Shown here: piece after piece, positions 61,236 through 64,000 of the stretch
Numbering within the stretch: the first letter of the stretch is position 1
Layout of the letters: each line of letters starts with the position of its first letter
NCBI GenBank assembly: GCA_002439875.1
Contig: DJQB01000036.1
Location: forward strand, 139,079-203,078
Direction: 5' to 3'
Length of the DNA stretch: 64,000 nucleotides
From: Bacteroidales bacterium UBA6397
Lineage (GTDB): Bacteria; Bacteroidota; Bacteroidia; Bacteroidales; UBA932
Program-made: the position numbers and the translations under genes
The notes under the pieces: model-generated
Told to the model about the DNA's origin: nothing
Seen by the model: the letters and a program-made list of their open reading frames with translations, nothing else
The model's database searches: none

Positions 61236-62473
61236 TGGTTTCTTTTTCCGGAGAAGAGTCGCTGTGGCAGCTCCATCGCCACGATTATGCCAAGGACTAT
61301 CGCTATGGCGGCCTTGACGGCTGTGAACCCGGCTGTGGCGGACAGGTAGAACTGACTGGAGACGAGGTAGTAGGTGAACCAGAATATTCCGGCCCCCGGA
61401 ACGAGGGGGAATATTCCGCAAAGCAGGAAGACCGTGCTGGGGCATTTGTCTTTGACAGCTGCGAATCGGGATAGAATGCAGATGATGATTGTTGCCACGG
61501 AGATTGAGACTGTCGGTCCTGAATGGCAGAACCGTGTGAGCATCAGGTATATGACCCAACCGATGGCACCAATCACTCCAGAGGTGAAATATTGCTTGCG
61601 CGGAGCTCCGAAGAGGATCGCGAAGGCGAATGTGCCGATGAAGGCGGCAAGGCATTGCCACAGGATTCCGGCGGTCTGAGGGTTGACTGTCATTCCGCTG
61701 AGTTCAATCATTCCATCAAACAGCCATCCATCGGTCACGAAGCTGATACTCACGCCAAGAGCGATGCAGATGAATCCGAGCATCGCATCCGTGAGCCGAG
61801 TGATTCCGGCGATGTAATCGGAATTGGCAAGATCCCTGACTCCGTTGACGAACGGCACGCCGGGGATGAGGGGCATCACCGCACCGATTATGATGTTGCT
61901 GAGGCTGTCACCGAATCCTAACCTGTACGATGCAAGGCAGAGAATTGTGGTCACGAGAGCGTTGCAGATTCCACCGACGATCTTTGAGAGTGAGGCGCTG
62001 ACGTAAAGGCAGAAGACGTACAAAAGTGCTCCGATCACGAAATCAGCCGCGCAATCCATAAATCCTCCACCGAACACAGCGCAGAATCCAGCGGCACCTA
62101 AAGCCGAGCCGGCTATCTGTTCCCAAGCCGGTTTGGCAGGAGCGTCCTTTATTGACTCAAGCCTTTGCCTGGCATCCGCAAGAGTGTGTTTGTTGGCAGC
62201 GATCTCGTAGCTTAACTGGTTTACCTCTACTACTTTTGAGAGTTGTATGCCACGAATCGGGATGAACTCCACATTGGCGTACTTACCGAGCGAACCGGTT
62301 GTGAATATGCCGTTGCTGAGCACGAAAAAATGACCGGAATCCACACCGTAATGCGATGCGATCCGTTCCATGGTGTCCTCCACACGGGAAATCTCGGCTC
62401 CGTTCTCCAGCAGAATGTGACCGGCGATCGAAGCGGCTTCCAGGACCTCTGTCGTGTTGTCCGTCTCTGTCAT
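61232..62473 (-). CDS. Threonine/serine exporter family protein (ThrE-like, fused DUF1212 and DUF3815)
   Basis: 413 aa. The N-terminal GHILLENGAEISRVEDTM motif is followed by about 10 TM helices. Confidence 0.7.
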   Translation of the reverse strand: MTETDNTTEVLEAASIAGHILLENGAEISRVEDTMERIASHYGVDSGHFFVLSNGIFTTGSLGKYANVEFIPIRGIQLSKVVEVNQLSYEIAANKHTLADARQRLESIKDAPAKPAWEQIAGSALGAAGFCAVFGGGFMDCAADFVIGALLYVFCLYVSASLSKIVGGICNALVTTILCLASYRLGFGDSLSNIIIGAVMPLIPGVPFVNGVRDLANSDYIAGITRLTDAMLGFICIALGVSISFVTDGWLFDGMIELSGMTVNPQTAGILWQCLAAFIGTFAFAILFGAPRKQYFTSGVIGAIGWVIYLMLTRFCHSGPTVSISVATIIICILSRFAAVKDKCPSTVFLLCGIFPLVPGAGIFWFTYYLVSSQFYLSATAGFTAVKAAIAIVLGIIVAMELPQRLFSGKRNH

Positions 62474-62604
62474 GGCGCAAAATTACAATAAAATCGGCAG
62501 ATTATTGTAATTTGCTTTCGTGTGCTTGATTGTGTTTGTTATGATCGCCTTTATGTCAGAGTTGTCCGATCGCTTCAACAAGCGCAGCGGCCACGGATGC
62601 TTGG

Positions 62605-63804
62605 TCACTGAGCCTGCCGAAGTGACCTTCTGGTCACAATGTGTTTCCAATAGACCAGTGCCAGCGTCACTATAACCCCGCCAACGATTCCGATGAACGA
62701 GATTGACAGATGGGTGCAGACCATTCCTCCGACCAAGGCTCCCGTACCGATGCCGAAATTGAATATTCCCGAAAAGATTGACATTGCGACGGAGGTCTGC
62801 GACTGTGGAGTGTCCGTGATGATCTCGGACTGCATCGCCACGTTGAAAGCAGTCGCTGACATTCCGATGAGGGCGCAGACCGCAATGGTGGCAGGGATGC
62901 TGAAGGTGAGAGGACGCAGAAGAATAACTCCACCGATCAAACCCGCAAGCGTGAGGTTGATGAACTTGTATCTGTATTTAGGGAAAAACTTTGAAAACAA
63001 CATGCTTCCGATGATTCCGGCCCCACCGAAGAGCATCAAAGTCAGCGTGATCTGATTCTCCGTCATCTTCCCGACCTGCTGAAGGAACGGTTCTATGTAA
63101 CTGTACGCTGTGTAATAGCCGGTGGCAAATGCTGCGGTGGTTATGAATATTCCGACAAGGATCCTGTTCTTCAGCATCGCCGGCAGGTCGTGGGCTGTCA
63201 TTCCGCCTCCGCTTGGCACCCTCTGGAGCAATGCGGAAAGATAGAGTAGAATAAACAATGCCACAGCCCCGATGCTGAGGAAGGTCATTCTCCACCCAAC
63301 GCTAAGACCTATGACGCGTCCAAGCGGCAGACCGAGGATCATCGCGATAGACGATCCAGTGACTATCATACTGAGTGCTATGGCCTTATGACTGGTGGGG
63401 ACAATCCTTACCGCTATGATTGAGATTATTGACCAAAAGATGGAATGCGCGCATGCGACACCGATTCTGGATGCCAGCAGCATTCCAAAGGATGTCGAGA
63501 GATAAGACATCACCTGAAATGAGGTAAACACTGCGATGACCCCAAGGAGAAGTCTGCGCATCTCCAACTTGGAAGTCATCAGCATAAGCGGAAGTGAAAG
63601 AGCCATGACGACCCATGCATAGACGGAAATCAGCATCCCCGCTTTCGCCTCGGTCAACCCGAAATCCCTGCCGATGTCCGTCAGCAGCGCGATGGGAATG
63701 AACTCCGAAGTGTTGAATATGAACGCTGAGAGTGTCAGCCCCACTAAAGCCATCCACGTTTTCAAGGACATCTCTGGTTCCTTGATCTGATCAACCATTA
63801 ACAT
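62605..63804 (-). CDS. MFS efflux transporter (DHA1-like)
   Basis: 399 aa with 12 TM helices. Confidence 0.7.
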   Translation of the reverse strand: MLMVDQIKEPEMSLKTWMALVGLTLSAFIFNTSEFIPIALLTDIGRDFGLTEAKAGMLISVYAWVVMALSLPLMLMTSKLEMRRLLLGVIAVFTSFQVMSYLSTSFGMLLASRIGVACAHSIFWSIISIIAVRIVPTSHKAIALSMIVTGSSIAMILGLPLGRVIGLSVGWRMTFLSIGAVALFILLYLSALLQRVPSGGGMTAHDLPAMLKNRILVGIFITTAAFATGYYTAYSYIEPFLQQVGKMTENQITLTLMLFGGAGIIGSMLFSKFFPKYRYKFINLTLAGLIGGVILLRPLTFSIPATIAVCALIGMSATAFNVAMQSEIITDTPQSQTSVAMSIFSGIFNFGIGTGALVGGMVCTHLSISFIGIVGGVIVTLALVYWKHIVTRRSLRQAQ

Positions 63805-63887
63805 AATAAAATTTAACTAACCGGGCGCAAATTTAGAAAAGAATCAGATTTATTCCTATCTTTATACTCTTTAAACCGTTATGAAGT

Positions 63888-64000
63888 ATGACAAAGGATG
63901 TCGCATTGGTGCTTTCGAGTGGTGGCCCGAGAGGTTTTGCCTACATCGGTGCTATTGAAGAACTGGAAAAAAGAGGCTACAACATCACTTCCGTGACTGG
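63888..64000 (+). CDS. Patatin-like phospholipase; N terminus only because it is cut by the window edge
   Basis: ATG at 63888. The sequence MTKDVALVLSSGGPRGFAYIGAIEELEKRGY contains the patatin G-G-x-R-G oxyanion motif. Confidence 0.7.
   Translation, partial: MTKDVALVLSSGGPRGFAYIGAIEELEKRGYNITSVT

Overview
The window has two parts. Positions 1 to about 35640 are most of a temperate, siphovirus-like prophage. Almost every gene is on the minus strand, and the left end lies outside the window. In order it carries:
- tail and receptor-binding genes
- a 1207-aa TP901-type tape measure
- putative portal, terminase, capsid and S49 prohead protease genes
- an 8-mer iteron array
- a primase-helicase
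- a small serine recombinase
- a cI-like repressor

Several self-contained accessory modules are interleaved with these genes:
- a DUF4065 (Panacea) antitoxin-like gene coupled to a 2-TM membrane protein
- a RelE/Gp49-like toxin, XRE antitoxin and SecB-like gene triad
- a GHKL kinase/ATPase plus STAS-like (DUF4325) pair with its own promoter and terminator, flanked by inverted repeats
- a DUF2335 gene broken by a single in-frame TAA
- a 585-bp noncoding gap with two non-canonical tRNA-like RNAs
- a membrane-anchored copy of a tape-measure fragment at the prophage edge

A conserved 30-bp element precedes four of the accessory or early operons.

Positions 35714 to 64000 look like ordinary Bacteroidota (probably Bacteroidales) chromosome. 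Support for that host is TTTG-N19-21-TAnnTTTG promoters, lipoprotein signals, and DUF1080 and GH2 content. This part holds a sugar-catabolism cluster, tRNA-Ala(CGC), a lipid-synthesis operon, metal-homeostasis genes and transporters.

All functional calls come from motif recognition by eye, not from database searches. No CRISPR array, rRNA, transposase or reverse transcriptase was seen.
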